Of a stretch of 64,000 nt of DNA, positions 19,315 through 29,414 are shown in pieces; the stretch's first letter is position 1, and every line of letters begins with the position of its first letter. Below the pieces are notes generated by a model. The model did no database searches. It was not told the origin of the DNA and saw only the letters and a program-made list of their open reading frames with translations. The translations under genes were made by a program, and so were the position numbers. This DNA comes from an uncultured Sphingobacteriaceae bacterium (GTDB lineage Bacteria; Bacteroidota; Bacteroidia; Sphingobacteriales; Sphingobacteriaceae): the NCBI GenBank assembly GCA_964444885.1, contig CAYUIZ010000001.1, positions 27,181 to 91,180 on the forward strand, read 5' to 3'.

Positions 19315-20631
19315 TTAATAAATACCGATGTAGTACTGATCCGCGCCAGACGTGATGGCCGCGCCCTGTACGCCGTCTTTGCTGGTCGAGTTAACATCAA
19401 AAATGTAGATGTTGCCTTGTACGCCTACCGGCGAAAGGGCGATGTAGAACTTGCCATCGCGGACAACCGAGGACTGATACTGCTGCAGCCATAGGCCGGC
19501 AGGCGTGTTGAGGTCGATGGCCGTGCCGTTGTTCAGGTCAATGCGGGCCAGGCCCCATGCGGACGAGTACGTCGGTTCCCCATCGGGATTCACGCCGATT
19601 TGTACTTGATCCTCGCCGATTTTCTCGTAAGGCATGTAGCAAATCCCGTTTCCTGCATAGAAAAATCCGTTGCTGGACGTTTCCCGGCTTAATTTTTCGT
19701 GCAACCCGAATTTGAAGGAGGTGTATTGGCCATTCACGATTTTCACAATGTATGTTTCGCCGTTGGCAGACACCATTTGCAGGATTTCGCCTGCCTCGTT
19801 CGTGTGTTGTGTGGGCGTGCGGTAGCCGTTGGTTGAGCCCACGATGTCGTCGCGGGTGATGACCGTGGCGTTCGCCAGGCTGGGGTAATCCAGTACCAGG
19901 GTAAATGTTTTGTCGGTTTCCTGGTTCGTGCCGGTTACGGGGTCGAATTTGCTGACGGCTGCGCCGTAGTAAATTTTGTTTCCGGATACGACGGGCGCGT
20001 CAATACGCGTGATATTGTACCCTTCCTGGGCCAACGTGCCCGGCAGCACGACGTCGATGTCCTTGTTGAAGTTGGTGCCGAAATTCATCGCCTCCAAATC
20101 CAGGATGCCGAGGCTGGCCGTGATCTTGTGTTTCTGGTATTCGGTGTTGTTTGCGCCGGCATATTCCGCCGTTGACCGGATGTAATGTACTGACGCTGCG
20201 TTGTCGTTTAGCTTCGTCAGGCGGACAGCCGTAGCGCCCAGCGGTACCGAAGCGTCGAATGTCGCGATCTTGGTGTAGTTATCGCCGCCGTTATACGTGA
20301 ATTTATCAATTTCGCCGACGGTATAGGTGAGGCTATAGATGGTCTTTCCATCATCCGAAGGAAAAATGCGGGACGTCCGCGCCGTACTCATCAGGTAGCC
20401 TTTGTTTGTGAAGGAAATAGCGCCGGTGCTGATGTCGGATAGTCCTTGCAGGTAGGTGCCCGAGATAGAACCCGAACCGCTGGCAAAGGAAAGCTGGAAG
20501 TCCCGTGTCTCTACCGGAACGTCGGGCCCGGCGTTATCATCCTTAGTACAGCCAGTTGCCAAAGCAACGACGCATGCGGCTGTGATCAATAGGCCTTTAC
20601 GGCCGTTTTTATTCATGGTTTGTGTATTCAT
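19315..20631 (-). CDS. DUF4374-type lipoprotein (XusB-like partner of a TonB-dependent receptor)
   Basis: Lipoprotein signal LLITAACVVALATGC. It lies immediately downstream (20 nt) of a TonB-dependent receptor gene. The family call is from memory of this conserved pairing. Confidence 0.65.
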   Translation of the reverse strand: MNTQTMNKNGRKGLLITAACVVALATGCTKDDNAGPDVPVETRDFQLSFASGSGSISGTYLQGLSDISTGAISFTNKGYLMSTARTSRIFPSDDGKTIYSLTYTVGEIDKFTYNGGDNYTKIATFDASVPLGATAVRLTKLNDNAASVHYIRSTAEYAGANNTEYQKHKITASLGILDLEAMNFGTNFNKDIDVVLPGTLAQEGYNITRIDAPVVSGNKIYYGAAVSKFDPVTGTNQETDKTFTLVLDYPSLANATVITRDDIVGSTNGYRTPTQHTNEAGEILQMVSANGETYIVKIVNGQYTSFKFGLHEKLSRETSSNGFFYAGNGICYMPYEKIGEDQVQIGVNPDGEPTYSSAWGLARIDLNNGTAIDLNTPAGLWLQQYQSSVVRDGKFYIALSPVGVQGNIYIFDVNSTSKDGVQGAAITSGADQYYIGIY

Positions 20632-20651
20632 GTTGTTTATTTGTATGATGA

Positions 20652-23063
20652 TTAATAAAGTGCGTACGTGATTTTGGCATAGAATGCCCGTCCGGGTTTT
20701 TGCAGCCCGAAGTTGTCAAAGATTTGCTGGTTGAATATGTTCTTGGCGTCCACGCTCAGTGTGATTGCCCGCGTGGGGAAGGTGTATGTGGCACCCACAT
20801 CGTTGGCGTACTGCGTCGGAATCCGATCGAGATTGTTCCCGCCCACGTTTGCCCAGTTTCTCAAGAATCCTTCTACGTAGTTGACGTTGTAATAAATGGA
20901 CGCGCGCGAGCCTGCCCGGAAAATGTTGTCCATATGGTAAGCAACATTCACGTTAAACTTGAACGCGGGTTCGTTGCGGATCTGCGTGCGGTAGAAGAGG
21001 TATGGCGCTCCGGTTTGGTCGAATTCCGTATTGAATAGGGAGCTGATTTTGGAGATCGTCACATTGGCGTCGATTGTGTTGGCATAGCTGTACATTATTT
21101 CGGCATCGATGCCCTTGGTTTCGACGTCTTCCAGGTTTTCAAAACGGGTGTCGTCGTTGTTGCCCGATTGGAGTCCTTCACGGATCATGCCTTGCGTATT
21201 GCGGTACAGCAGTGAGGCATTCATTTTGAGGGAATGCTTTTCCTTCACGTACGGTCCTACGCTGAGGCCCAGGTTCGCGTTGTAGCTGATCTCGGGCTTC
21301 AGTTCACCCGCGGGAGGCAGGAGGTTGTCCGCGACGTTCCCGAATATCTCGTTTGCGTTGGGCAGGCGGATGGCTTTTTCGCCCGATCCCAGTAGGTACA
21401 GGGTAGGGCGCAGGGCGTAGGACACTGCCATGCCGTATCCGCTGTGGTTACGGTTATTTTCGATTCGGTTTAACCCGTAATCTGGTGGGTTCGTGGCTAT
21501 TTGGTACGGCTCCTTGGAGGTGGTTTTCTGTGCGTAATATTTATAAAATACGTTGGTGCGCAACTTCTGGTCAAACGCGAGGTTTTCGTAGGTTATTGAC
21601 GTAATTCGCTTTTGTAAGTCGCGGGTATTCTCGAGCAATTGCAGTCCCAGCGGCTGCATATCGTCTTGCGTGCCACGGTTAAAGTTATTGTACAGGTAGT
21701 TTGCAAACAGGCGGTTGTTGCGATTAATTTCGTAGCCCAAGTTAATGCGTGTCACGAGCGTCTGGTCGCTATTTATCGCGGTACTCTTCGCGTTTCCGGA
21801 TTCGGCGCCTGACGTGTAGGGCACGTAAGTGCCGTCAGGGTACGCCAACGGCATGCCCCGCCAGTCGTACATCCAACCTACGGTGTCGATCAGTTGGCGC
21901 TCCAAGTAGGCGTAGCTGGCGTCCACTCTGAGCGAAAGCCCGTCGAGCAGCAGATTTTGTTTCTCGTAACCTAGCGAGGCGACATTGCTATTACCACGGG
22001 TGTGGCGGTCGCCGTAGGGCTTGTTCATGGTGCGCCCATGCTGCACTTCTTTATAGTCGCGGGAGATGACGCCCCCAATCAGAAACCGGTCCGCCCATTT
22101 CACGTCGGTGTACCCCACGTTGACGCGGCCTCCGTACGAGCGGTAGGCATCGTGAAACCGCCGTGCCCGCTGGTTTAAGGTGGTTGCGCCCGTGTAATCC
22201 TTGAACGAAATGTTATCGCCCCAAACCTCGTAGTCGTTGTCGCTGTAATTATAAAAAGCGGAGGCGTCTACGCCGAATCCGTTGCCCTTGCGGAAACTGC
22301 CGGTCGTATTCCACTGATGCGTGTTGAAGGAGCCCATGGAGTAGGAGGTCGTCAGCGCGCGGCGCGACTTCTGTTTCTTCATTACGACGTTGATGGCACC
22401 GCCGAGGGCGTCTTCGGACAGGTAGCCGGGCACGACACCCTTGAATATTTCAATGCGCTCAATCAGTGCAGGCGGAATGCTGTTCAGCGAAAAGGCCGTG
22501 CCATAATTTGACGACGGTACGCCATCGATAAAGATTTTAACGGCATTTCCGGACAGCCCGTTGATGTTGTAATGGATGTGGGAACCCAGGCCGCCATCCT
22601 GACGGATGCGGACGCCCGCGCTTCGGTCCAACAGTTCGTTGGTGGTCAGGTTCCGCAATGAGGCTTCCCCCGTTTCGATGACAGCTACCGCAAAGCCACT
22701 GGTTTCCAGCTTGCGTTTTTCCGTTTCACCGAAAATTAAGACTTCATCGATTGCCGTCTCGCCTTTCAAACGTAAGGGGAGGTTTAGGGTGTGCCTGGTC
22801 CGGTCAATCAGTAATTCGCGCTCCAGCGGCTCGATCTCGAGTGACGAGATTAGCAAGCGGTGTTTGCCAAAGGGCACGTCCTGAAGCGTGTACTCTCCCT
22901 CTTCGTCCGATACCGCAATCAGCGTGGTGCCCGCCACCCTGATCGTCACGTGGCTCAGTGCGGATCCGTCTGCCGTGTGTACACGCCCGGATAGGGTAGC
23001 GGTTTGGGCGAATAACGTATAGGATAATAAAACCAGGAATAGGCTGCCGTAAATCTGTTTCAT
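20652..23063 (-). CDS. TonB-dependent receptor with N-terminal carboxypeptidase-regulatory-like domain
   Basis: Signal peptide; a CarboxypepD_reg-like segment (ATLSGRVHTADGSALSHVTIRV...EGEYTL); plug motifs (IERIEIFKGV, GGAINVV); C-terminal barrel ending AKITYALY. Confidence 0.9.
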   Translation of the reverse strand: MKQIYGSLFLVLLSYTLFAQTATLSGRVHTADGSALSHVTIRVAGTTLIAVSDEEGEYTLQDVPFGKHRLLISSLEIEPLERELLIDRTRHTLNLPLRLKGETAIDEVLIFGETEKRKLETSGFAVAVIETGEASLRNLTTNELLDRSAGVRIRQDGGLGSHIHYNINGLSGNAVKIFIDGVPSSNYGTAFSLNSIPPALIERIEIFKGVVPGYLSEDALGGAINVVMKKQKSRRALTTSYSMGSFNTHQWNTTGSFRKGNGFGVDASAFYNYSDNDYEVWGDNISFKDYTGATTLNQRARRFHDAYRSYGGRVNVGYTDVKWADRFLIGGVISRDYKEVQHGRTMNKPYGDRHTRGNSNVASLGYEKQNLLLDGLSLRVDASYAYLERQLIDTVGWMYDWRGMPLAYPDGTYVPYTSGAESGNAKSTAINSDQTLVTRINLGYEINRNNRLFANYLYNNFNRGTQDDMQPLGLQLLENTRDLQKRITSITYENLAFDQKLRTNVFYKYYAQKTTSKEPYQIATNPPDYGLNRIENNRNHSGYGMAVSYALRPTLYLLGSGEKAIRLPNANEIFGNVADNLLPPAGELKPEISYNANLGLSVGPYVKEKHSLKMNASLLYRNTQGMIREGLQSGNNDDTRFENLEDVETKGIDAEIMYSYANTIDANVTISKISSLFNTEFDQTGAPYLFYRTQIRNEPAFKFNVNVAYHMDNIFRAGSRASIYYNVNYVEGFLRNWANVGGNNLDRIPTQYANDVGATYTFPTRAITLSVDAKNIFNQQIFDNFGLQKPGRAFYAKITYALY

Positions 23064-23147
23064 TCGTATGTTATGTCAATGGCACGGGATGCACGCAAGC
23101 GATTTTCCCCCGTCGCCGATTGCTTGCTGGATAAAAACCTTATTTTT

Positions 23148-23166
23148 ATTTAGAACAAATCTAAAT
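23148..23166. promoter_or_regulatory. 7-bp perfect inverted repeat (candidate operator) in the receptor/AraC divergent promoter region
   Basis: atttaga-acaaa-tctaaat sits in an AT-rich stretch between 23064 and 23251. No protein can be assigned to it. Confidence 0.35.
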
Positions 23167-23251
23167 ATATCTATATTTGGCAGCAAAGCTATTGTTCTGC
23201 CATGTTAAACGGTTTCAAAAAACGGAATAGTAGTTATAAAAAGCGGAAAAA

Positions 23252-24184
23252 ATGACGTTTAAAGCTGGATTTCGTACGCCTATAGTGGCCCTGGACGCAT
23301 CTTCAGGCCCGTATGCGGGTTCAGTGGTACACAATCGCGAGACTTCTTTTCAACTGCTGGTGGCTGACGACATGTTGCCTTTGGAGATCGCGCGTTGGCG
23401 TGGGGATGATGCTTTTGTTTTATCGGTGTACGTATTGGAAGGCGGATGTGTCCTTGTGGGAGCTGGCGAATCGGCGCAGAATTTGTCCGCGGGCGAGCAT
23501 GTTCTTTACCGAGTGCCGATGCTTACGCCGGTCACGGTTGCGCCACACGCTGGAGCCGGTTTTGCGGCAGTCGTCTTTCAGTTTAGCGAGGCTTACCTGT
23601 TGCGGCATTGTCCGGAAAATTGTCCGAACCTGTGTCAATTGACCACCAGTCCCGCAGTTGCGGGTTTACAGGTGTTGGGGTCGGGTACGCCAGCATCCAC
23701 GACCCATGAGCAACGTGCACTCGTGGATCAAATCTGCAGTGCGCCACTGCCCGAACACCTCAAAAGCGTATACCGCGACGTAAAGATCGCGGAGCTGCTC
23801 GTGCTCCAATTGGAGGAAATCCTCTATGGAACGAGGTCCAAATCAGAAGCCGGGCTGCGGGAACACGAGTTGCAGCGGGTCTATCGGGTCCGGGATATTT
23901 TGCGCAATGATCCCAGCCAATCCTACACGCTGCTCGGCTTGGCGCATGAGGTGGGTACCAATGACGCCACCCTGAAAAAGCACTTCAAGCAGGTGTTGAA
24001 CTGTACGGTATTTGCCTACCTGACTTCCTGCCGGATGGCGAGGGCGAAGGAAATGCTAGTCGATGAACGAAAACCGATCGCCGAAATTGCCCAGTGCCTG
24101 GGCTATAAGCACGTGTCGCATTTCTCCGCTTCTTTTCGCAAGTATTACGGCAGTGCGCCGACGAAATTTCTGGAATCCGAATAA
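23252..24184 (+). CDS. AraC family transcriptional regulator
   Basis: C-terminal double HTH (LLGLAHEVGTNDATLKKHFK ... IAEIAQCLGYKHVSHFSASFRKYYG). It is divergent from the TonB receptor gene. Confidence 0.85.
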   Translation: MTFKAGFRTPIVALDASSGPYAGSVVHNRETSFQLLVADDMLPLEIARWRGDDAFVLSVYVLEGGCVLVGAGESAQNLSAGEHVLYRVPMLTPVTVAPHAGAGFAAVVFQFSEAYLLRHCPENCPNLCQLTTSPAVAGLQVLGSGTPASTTHEQRALVDQICSAPLPEHLKSVYRDVKIAELLVLQLEEILYGTRSKSEAGLREHELQRVYRVRDILRNDPSQSYTLLGLAHEVGTNDATLKKHFKQVLNCTVFAYLTSCRMARAKEMLVDERKPIAEIAQCLGYKHVSHFSASFRKYYGSAPTKFLESE

Positions 24185-24198
24185 CGCCAAAGCCAAAA

Positions 24199-26700
24199 TT
24201 ATTCTGCTCGCCGGCGCGGTACGCCCCGTACTGCCTGTGCTACCAAGGGGTCGTCGGGCCAAGCATGCTTGGGGTAGCGGCGCTTGAGTTCCTTCCGCAC
24301 CTCGAAATAGGTTGAATGCCAAAAACTTTCCAAATCCGAGGTCACCTGTACCGGCTTGTATCCCGGCGACAGTAGATGGATGACGAGCGGCGTTTTCCCG
24401 CCGTTGACCCGGGGCGTCTGCAGCAATCCGAAAAGCTCTTGCAAGCGCACCGACAAAATCGGCGGTGCGGCATCCGGGAAGTACTGGATGCGGATGCGCG
24501 AGCCGCTGGGCACCGTGAAATGGCTGGGCGCTAGTTCTTCTAAAGCTTGCTGTCGATCGTAAGGCAGGGCATGGTAAAGGATGTCGCGAATAGGCAGCTG
24601 TTTCAGTTGCTCGGTTTTCTTTATCGTCGTCAGATAAGGTGCCAGCCAGCGCTCGGGGTGGGCCAGCAGCGCAGTCGTCGACACGTCGGGCCAGGCCGCT
24701 TCGGGCTGCCAGGCTCCCAAGCTCAAGATCCGGCATTGGAGCTGCGTGGCGTTTTCGTCAAACGCCAGGAGGCGTTGCCCGTCCTCGCGGATACCTTGGT
24801 ACCAAGCTTGCTGTATTTTTTCGGGGTCGGGATTAGCCAGCGGGCGTTGGTCCACGCGAATGCTCCCTACGCGCGTGACGGTGGCTGCCTGGATTTCTTT
24901 GTGTTGCGAATCCCAGGCAATCGTTGTTTCCTGTGCCGTGAAGTGAGCCAGGTCACCTTGGTCAAGCGCGGCCGCCAAAAAGATGCGCCCGGTTCCCGAG
25001 CGGGCATCCAATAAGGCGACGGCGAGCCAGGGCTCATGCGCCAGCGCATCGGACGCGTCCATTTGCGCCATACGGCCATTGGCCAATTTATACATCCCGT
25101 TGGTACCGGATTGCAGTTGGGCGATTTGCCCCGGGTAGGCGTATGCCAGCAAGCGCCCCGACAGCTTGTTCGGCGAGCTTCCGTTATCTTCTTTCGCACC
25201 GATTAATTTACGGTACGATCGGGCGATGCGCTCGATGTTGTCAAAGCGTTTGCCCTGCGGGTGCTGGCCACGGTGCCTGCGGAGGGCATCGATCCGCAGA
25301 TCGATATCCACCGTTCCGGCTTGATCCAGGGGATCGCGTTCGTCGAGCAGTGCGGCAATGTCCGTGGCCAAGCTAGCCCAGACGGGCTGGTGTTGGCTGC
25401 TGGCTAGCATGTGCGCGATCCGGGGGTGGCAGGGCAGGCCGTTCAGCCGCTTGCCGTGCGCCGTGATTTTATTTTCGTGCAGGGCGCCGATGGACTCCAA
25501 TGTTTCTACGGCCTGGCTCACGCGCCCGGCGGGAGGGGGCGTCAGCCAGGGCAGGGTGCCGATATGGCTAATGCCCCATTGCGCCAAATCAAGCACGGTA
25601 GGGGCCAGGTCGGCGTCCAGTATTTCCGGTTTGCGGTAGGCGGCCAATTGGTGCTGGGTGGCCAGGGTCCACATCCGGTAACAGGTTCCCGCCGCCAAGC
25701 GGCCCGCGCGGCCGGCACGCTGGTCGGCCATGTCAAGGCTCACGCGAACCGTTTTCAGCCGCGAGAGACCAGAGGCGGGGTCAAAGGCCTGCGTGCGCGT
25801 ATACCCCGAATCGACCACAATCCGGATGCCTTCAATGGTCAGGCTGGTTTCGGCGATGGCGGTGGCCAATACCACTTTGCGGCGCCCGGACGGATGCGGC
25901 GTGATTGCCTCCCGTTGTTCGCGGTGCGATAGCCGGCCGTACAAGGGGTGCACGGAAAACAGCGATGCATGGCCCAGTAAGGCTGCTTCGCATTTGCGGA
26001 TTTCGGCCTCGCCAGGCAGAAAGGCCAGCACGTCGCCCGCTTGGGTGCGGGCAGCCTGTAAAATGGCACGTGCGCAGTCGGCTCCGATGTCATACGGATT
26101 CGCGTCGGCAGGCGCGTAGACCAAGTCGACGGGGAAAACCCGGCCTTGGCTTTCCAGGGCGGTAGCGCCCAGCATCTCCGCCAGTTGCTGGCTGTCCATC
26201 GTGGCCGACATCACCAGTAGGCGTAGGTCGGGACGCAACACTTCCTGTGTTTCCCGGCAGAGCAGCAAGGACACTTCGGTGTGGATGCGTCGCTCATGGA
26301 ACTCGTCGAATATCACCAATCCAATACCCTCCAGCGCGTTGTCATCGTGTAGGATACGCGTTAGGATCCCTTCGGTAACGACTTCAATCCGTGTTTTTTT
26401 CGACACTTGCGTTTCAAAGCGGATGCGGTACCCGACGGTTTCACCGGTTTTTTCGCCGAGCAAGGAAGCCATGTGATGGGCGATGCTGCTGGCAGCCAGG
26501 CGGCGGGGTTCCAGCATGATGATTTTCTTGCCGGCGAGCCAGGGCTCGTCGAGAAGCAACAAAGGTAATAAGGTGCTCTTGCCCGCACCCGGGGGCGCGG
26601 AGAGCACCAACGTGTTCGCCGCCGATAACCGTTGTTTGATTTCCGGAACGACGGCCTGTATCGGTAATTCGATAGCGCTTAAATCGCGACTGGATGCCAT
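24199..26700 (-). CDS. hrpB: ATP-dependent RNA helicase HrpB (DEAH box)
   Basis: Motifs: APPGAGKST, DEFHER, SATM, TAIAETSLTIEG, QRAGRAGR. The HrpB-type C-terminal domain is present. 833 aa. Confidence 0.9.
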   Translation of the reverse strand: MASSRDLSAIELPIQAVVPEIKQRLSAANTLVLSAPPGAGKSTLLPLLLLDEPWLAGKKIIMLEPRRLAASSIAHHMASLLGEKTGETVGYRIRFETQVSKKTRIEVVTEGILTRILHDDNALEGIGLVIFDEFHERRIHTEVSLLLCRETQEVLRPDLRLLVMSATMDSQQLAEMLGATALESQGRVFPVDLVYAPADANPYDIGADCARAILQAARTQAGDVLAFLPGEAEIRKCEAALLGHASLFSVHPLYGRLSHREQREAITPHPSGRRKVVLATAIAETSLTIEGIRIVVDSGYTRTQAFDPASGLSRLKTVRVSLDMADQRAGRAGRLAAGTCYRMWTLATQHQLAAYRKPEILDADLAPTVLDLAQWGISHIGTLPWLTPPPAGRVSQAVETLESIGALHENKITAHGKRLNGLPCHPRIAHMLASSQHQPVWASLATDIAALLDERDPLDQAGTVDIDLRIDALRRHRGQHPQGKRFDNIERIARSYRKLIGAKEDNGSSPNKLSGRLLAYAYPGQIAQLQSGTNGMYKLANGRMAQMDASDALAHEPWLAVALLDARSGTGRIFLAAALDQGDLAHFTAQETTIAWDSQHKEIQAATVTRVGSIRVDQRPLANPDPEKIQQAWYQGIREDGQRLLAFDENATQLQCRILSLGAWQPEAAWPDVSTTALLAHPERWLAPYLTTIKKTEQLKQLPIRDILYHALPYDRQQALEELAPSHFTVPSGSRIRIQYFPDAAPPILSVRLQELFGLLQTPRVNGGKTPLVIHLLSPGYKPVQVTSDLESFWHSTYFEVRKELKRRYPKHAWPDDPLVAQAVRGVPRRRAE

Positions 26701-27026
26701 AGTGCGCTAAAGTAGGGAATTTGGCGGAATGCTACTGTGTTCATCCAGCACGGAGCCCCTTTTGTGCTGCCGCGTACGTTTGCCTCTTCCGGTGCGATTC
26801 TACCCCAAAAAAGGTAGGGTATTTTCCTCGGTAAGCGTTTTTTTACAAACCGTGAATGCGCTACCGATGCCCGTATATCGTGTTATTGGGCTTAATTTTA
26901 AGGAGATTACTGTTTCGCAGGGCTTTTCTGCATGTACGAAAGGCAGAATTTTGTGTGCCGCGGATTTTGTTTTAACAATAAAACACCCTAATTTCAACGC
27001 AGAAATAAAAGATTAGACCACAATCA

Positions 27027-27986
27027 ATGTCAATAAAGTTGTTGTTTGTCCCCCTGTTGCTGTTGGGGACAAGTACCGCGCAGACCTCATTTGAAGGATA
27101 CACCCAGGATATTCCCGGTACAGAAGTTCAGTTTGCGATGGCGGCTATTCCCGCCGGCACCTATCAGCGGGGGAGCGAATCCGGTAATCCGGATGAGTAT
27201 CCGGTGCATGACGTATCGCTGGATGCCTTTTGGATAGGTACCCACGAGGTGACTTGGGATTTGTTCGAATTATTCCTTTATAAAGCACATGAGCAAAATG
27301 CGACGGAAGGGGAAATTCCGGCCGAAGTAGACGCCATTACCCGGCCTACCAAGCCATATTTGGACATGACCTACGGAATGGGCAAGGAAAACCACCCCGC
27401 GCTCTCCATGACGCAGTTCAACGCCATTCAATTTTGCCGGTGGCTGTATGTCAAAACCGGGGTGTTCTACCGCTTGCCTACCGAGGCGGAGTGGGAGTAC
27501 GCTTGCCGCGCGGGCACGACCACGGCATACAGCTTTGGCGACGATCCAGCTAGCCTGGATGACTATGCCTGGTACCGGGGCAATAGCGGTAACCGCACCC
27601 AACCGGTAGGGCAGAAGAAACCCAATCCTTGGGGGGTATATGACATGCACGGTAACGTCGCTGAATGGACCTTCGACCAGTATGCACCCGATACGTACGA
27701 ACGCTACGCGGTGGCGGGCGCGGACAATCCGGTAGAAGTGCCCACTGAGTTGTACCCGAACGTGGTGCGGGGCGGTTCGTTTGAGGACGCGGCAGAAGCC
27801 CTGCGCTCCGCGGCGAGAGGTGCGTCGGATCCTTCGTGGAAGCAACTCGATCCGCAGATTCCCAAGAGCAATTGGTGGTTTCCCGAGGCACCCTTTGTCG
27901 GCATTCGCTTAGTGCGGCCAGCCGTCGCTCCATCCCCAGAAGAAATTGATGCTTACTACAATGTGAGCCCCATTGCGGATTACTAG
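27027..27986 (+). CDS. Secreted FGE-sulfatase-domain (SUMF1/EgtB/PvdO family) protein
   Basis: Sec signal MSIKLLFVPLLLLGTSTAQ. Motifs: RLPTEAEWEYACRAG, HGNVAEW, VVRGGSF. Confidence 0.85.
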   Translation: MSIKLLFVPLLLLGTSTAQTSFEGYTQDIPGTEVQFAMAAIPAGTYQRGSESGNPDEYPVHDVSLDAFWIGTHEVTWDLFELFLYKAHEQNATEGEIPAEVDAITRPTKPYLDMTYGMGKENHPALSMTQFNAIQFCRWLYVKTGVFYRLPTEAEWEYACRAGTTTAYSFGDDPASLDDYAWYRGNSGNRTQPVGQKKPNPWGVYDMHGNVAEWTFDQYAPDTYERYAVAGADNPVEVPTELYPNVVRGGSFEDAAEALRSAARGASDPSWKQLDPQIPKSNWWFPEAPFVGIRLVRPAVAPSPEEIDAYYNVSPIADY

Positions 27987-28042
27987 CATACCGCAATGCG
28001 ATAATTGTTGCAAACCAATAACAAACGAATAGAAAAGAAAAC

Positions 28043-29359
28043 ATGAAAAACGAGTTTCAACGTATTCCCAGGCGCGATTTCCTGAAGAAGTCAGCGGTTG
28101 TTGCTGGCGCTACGGCATTCACTACTTTGCCCTTCGGTGCCCATTCTAACGTCGACGACACGATCAAGGTGGCCTTGGTAGGTTGCGGAGGCCGCGGCAC
28201 AGGCGCAGCTTTCGACGCGATCGCAGCGCATCCTCGCGTCAAAATCGTCGCTTTGGCTGACGCGTTTCGCGATGCAGTTGACAATGTTTACAAGGTGCTG
28301 TCGGAGCGCCATGCGGACCGCATTGATATCCCCGAGGACCACAAGTTCTCTGGATTCGAAGGGTACAAGCAGGCCATCGCATTAGCGGACGTCGTGTTGC
28401 TTTGTACGCCTCCGGGCTTCCGGCCGATGCAGTTTGAGGAAGCCGTGAAGCAAGGCAAGCACGTATTCATGGAGAAACCCGTAGCGGTGGACGTGCCCGG
28501 CGTGCGCAAGGTGTTGGCTGCGGCGGAATTAGCCAAGCAGAAGCGCCTCAATGTCGTGGTCGGGTTGCAACGCCGTTACCAAGCGGTGTACCGCGATACG
28601 ATCCAACGTATTCAAGACGGTGCCATTGGCGACATCGTTTCCGGGCAAGTGTATTGGAATAGCGGCGGCGTTTGGGTTCGCCCGCGCACGGCTGGCCAAA
28701 CAGAAATGGAATATCAGATGCGTAATTGGTACTACTTCAACTGGCTGTGCGGCGACCACATCGTGGAGCAACACGTGCACCAGATTGACGTAGCGAACTG
28801 GGTGAAAGGTGCGTATCCGGTATCATTCCAAGGAACGGGAAGCCGTGCCTGGCGTACCGGCAAGGAGCATGGCGAGATTTATGATAACCACGCCGTGGAG
28901 TTAACCTATGCGGATGGGTCGGTCATTTACAGCCAATGCCGTCACTTTGAGGGAACCTCTAACCGCGTGGATGAGACTTTCCAGGGTACAAACGGCCGGG
29001 TATTCCTGTCTGCGTCAAACGATGGCGTGCTGTGGGACCGCAAAGGAAACGAGCTGTACAACCATCCGAAGCGGAACAATGCCAACCCCTACCAGCACGA
29101 GCATGTCGAGCTCTTCGATGCGATCAGTAAAGGCGATTTTCGTCATTCAGACGGCGAGTATGGCGCGCTGAGCACGCTTACCGGCGTCATCGGACGATTG
29201 GCTACCTACTCGGGCCGTGTCATTACGTGGGACGAAGCGCTCAATTCGAATATCGATCTCCTGCCGGAGCGTCTCGCTTGGGATGCCCTGCCTAAGGTAT
29301 TGCCGAATCAGGACGGCTACTATCCGTATGCGGTTCCCGGCCAAACGGTCGTCATCTAA
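28043..29359 (+). CDS. TAT-exported Gfo/Idh/MocA family oxidoreductase
   Basis: Twin-arginine signal PRRDFLKKSAVVAGATA. Rossmann loop VALVGCGGRG, the FMEKP motif, and a C-terminal alpha/beta domain. Confidence 0.85.
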   Translation: MKNEFQRIPRRDFLKKSAVVAGATAFTTLPFGAHSNVDDTIKVALVGCGGRGTGAAFDAIAAHPRVKIVALADAFRDAVDNVYKVLSERHADRIDIPEDHKFSGFEGYKQAIALADVVLLCTPPGFRPMQFEEAVKQGKHVFMEKPVAVDVPGVRKVLAAAELAKQKRLNVVVGLQRRYQAVYRDTIQRIQDGAIGDIVSGQVYWNSGGVWVRPRTAGQTEMEYQMRNWYYFNWLCGDHIVEQHVHQIDVANWVKGAYPVSFQGTGSRAWRTGKEHGEIYDNHAVELTYADGSVIYSQCRHFEGTSNRVDETFQGTNGRVFLSASNDGVLWDRKGNELYNHPKRNNANPYQHEHVELFDAISKGDFRHSDGEYGALSTLTGVIGRLATYSGRVITWDEALNSNIDLLPERLAWDALPKVLPNQDGYYPYAVPGQTVVI

Positions 29360-29414
29360 ATCGGGAGGAAATCTCTTGCGGATACGGAGCACGACGGCGA
29401 AGCGATTAGGGGGG

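Noticed and set aside
24199-26700. Large helicase as part of a defence or mobile system
   Set aside because: The motif set and length fit the housekeeping DEAH helicase HrpB. It is a single gene between unrelated convergent and divergent neighbours.
29217-29414. N-terminal 66-residue extension of the ApbE ORF, and likewise 46678-46788 for the YidR-like ORF and 45138-45191 for the symporter
   Set aside because: The extensions overlap the preceding genes or encode R/S-rich non-signal sequence. Internal starts give proper signal peptides or TM starts.
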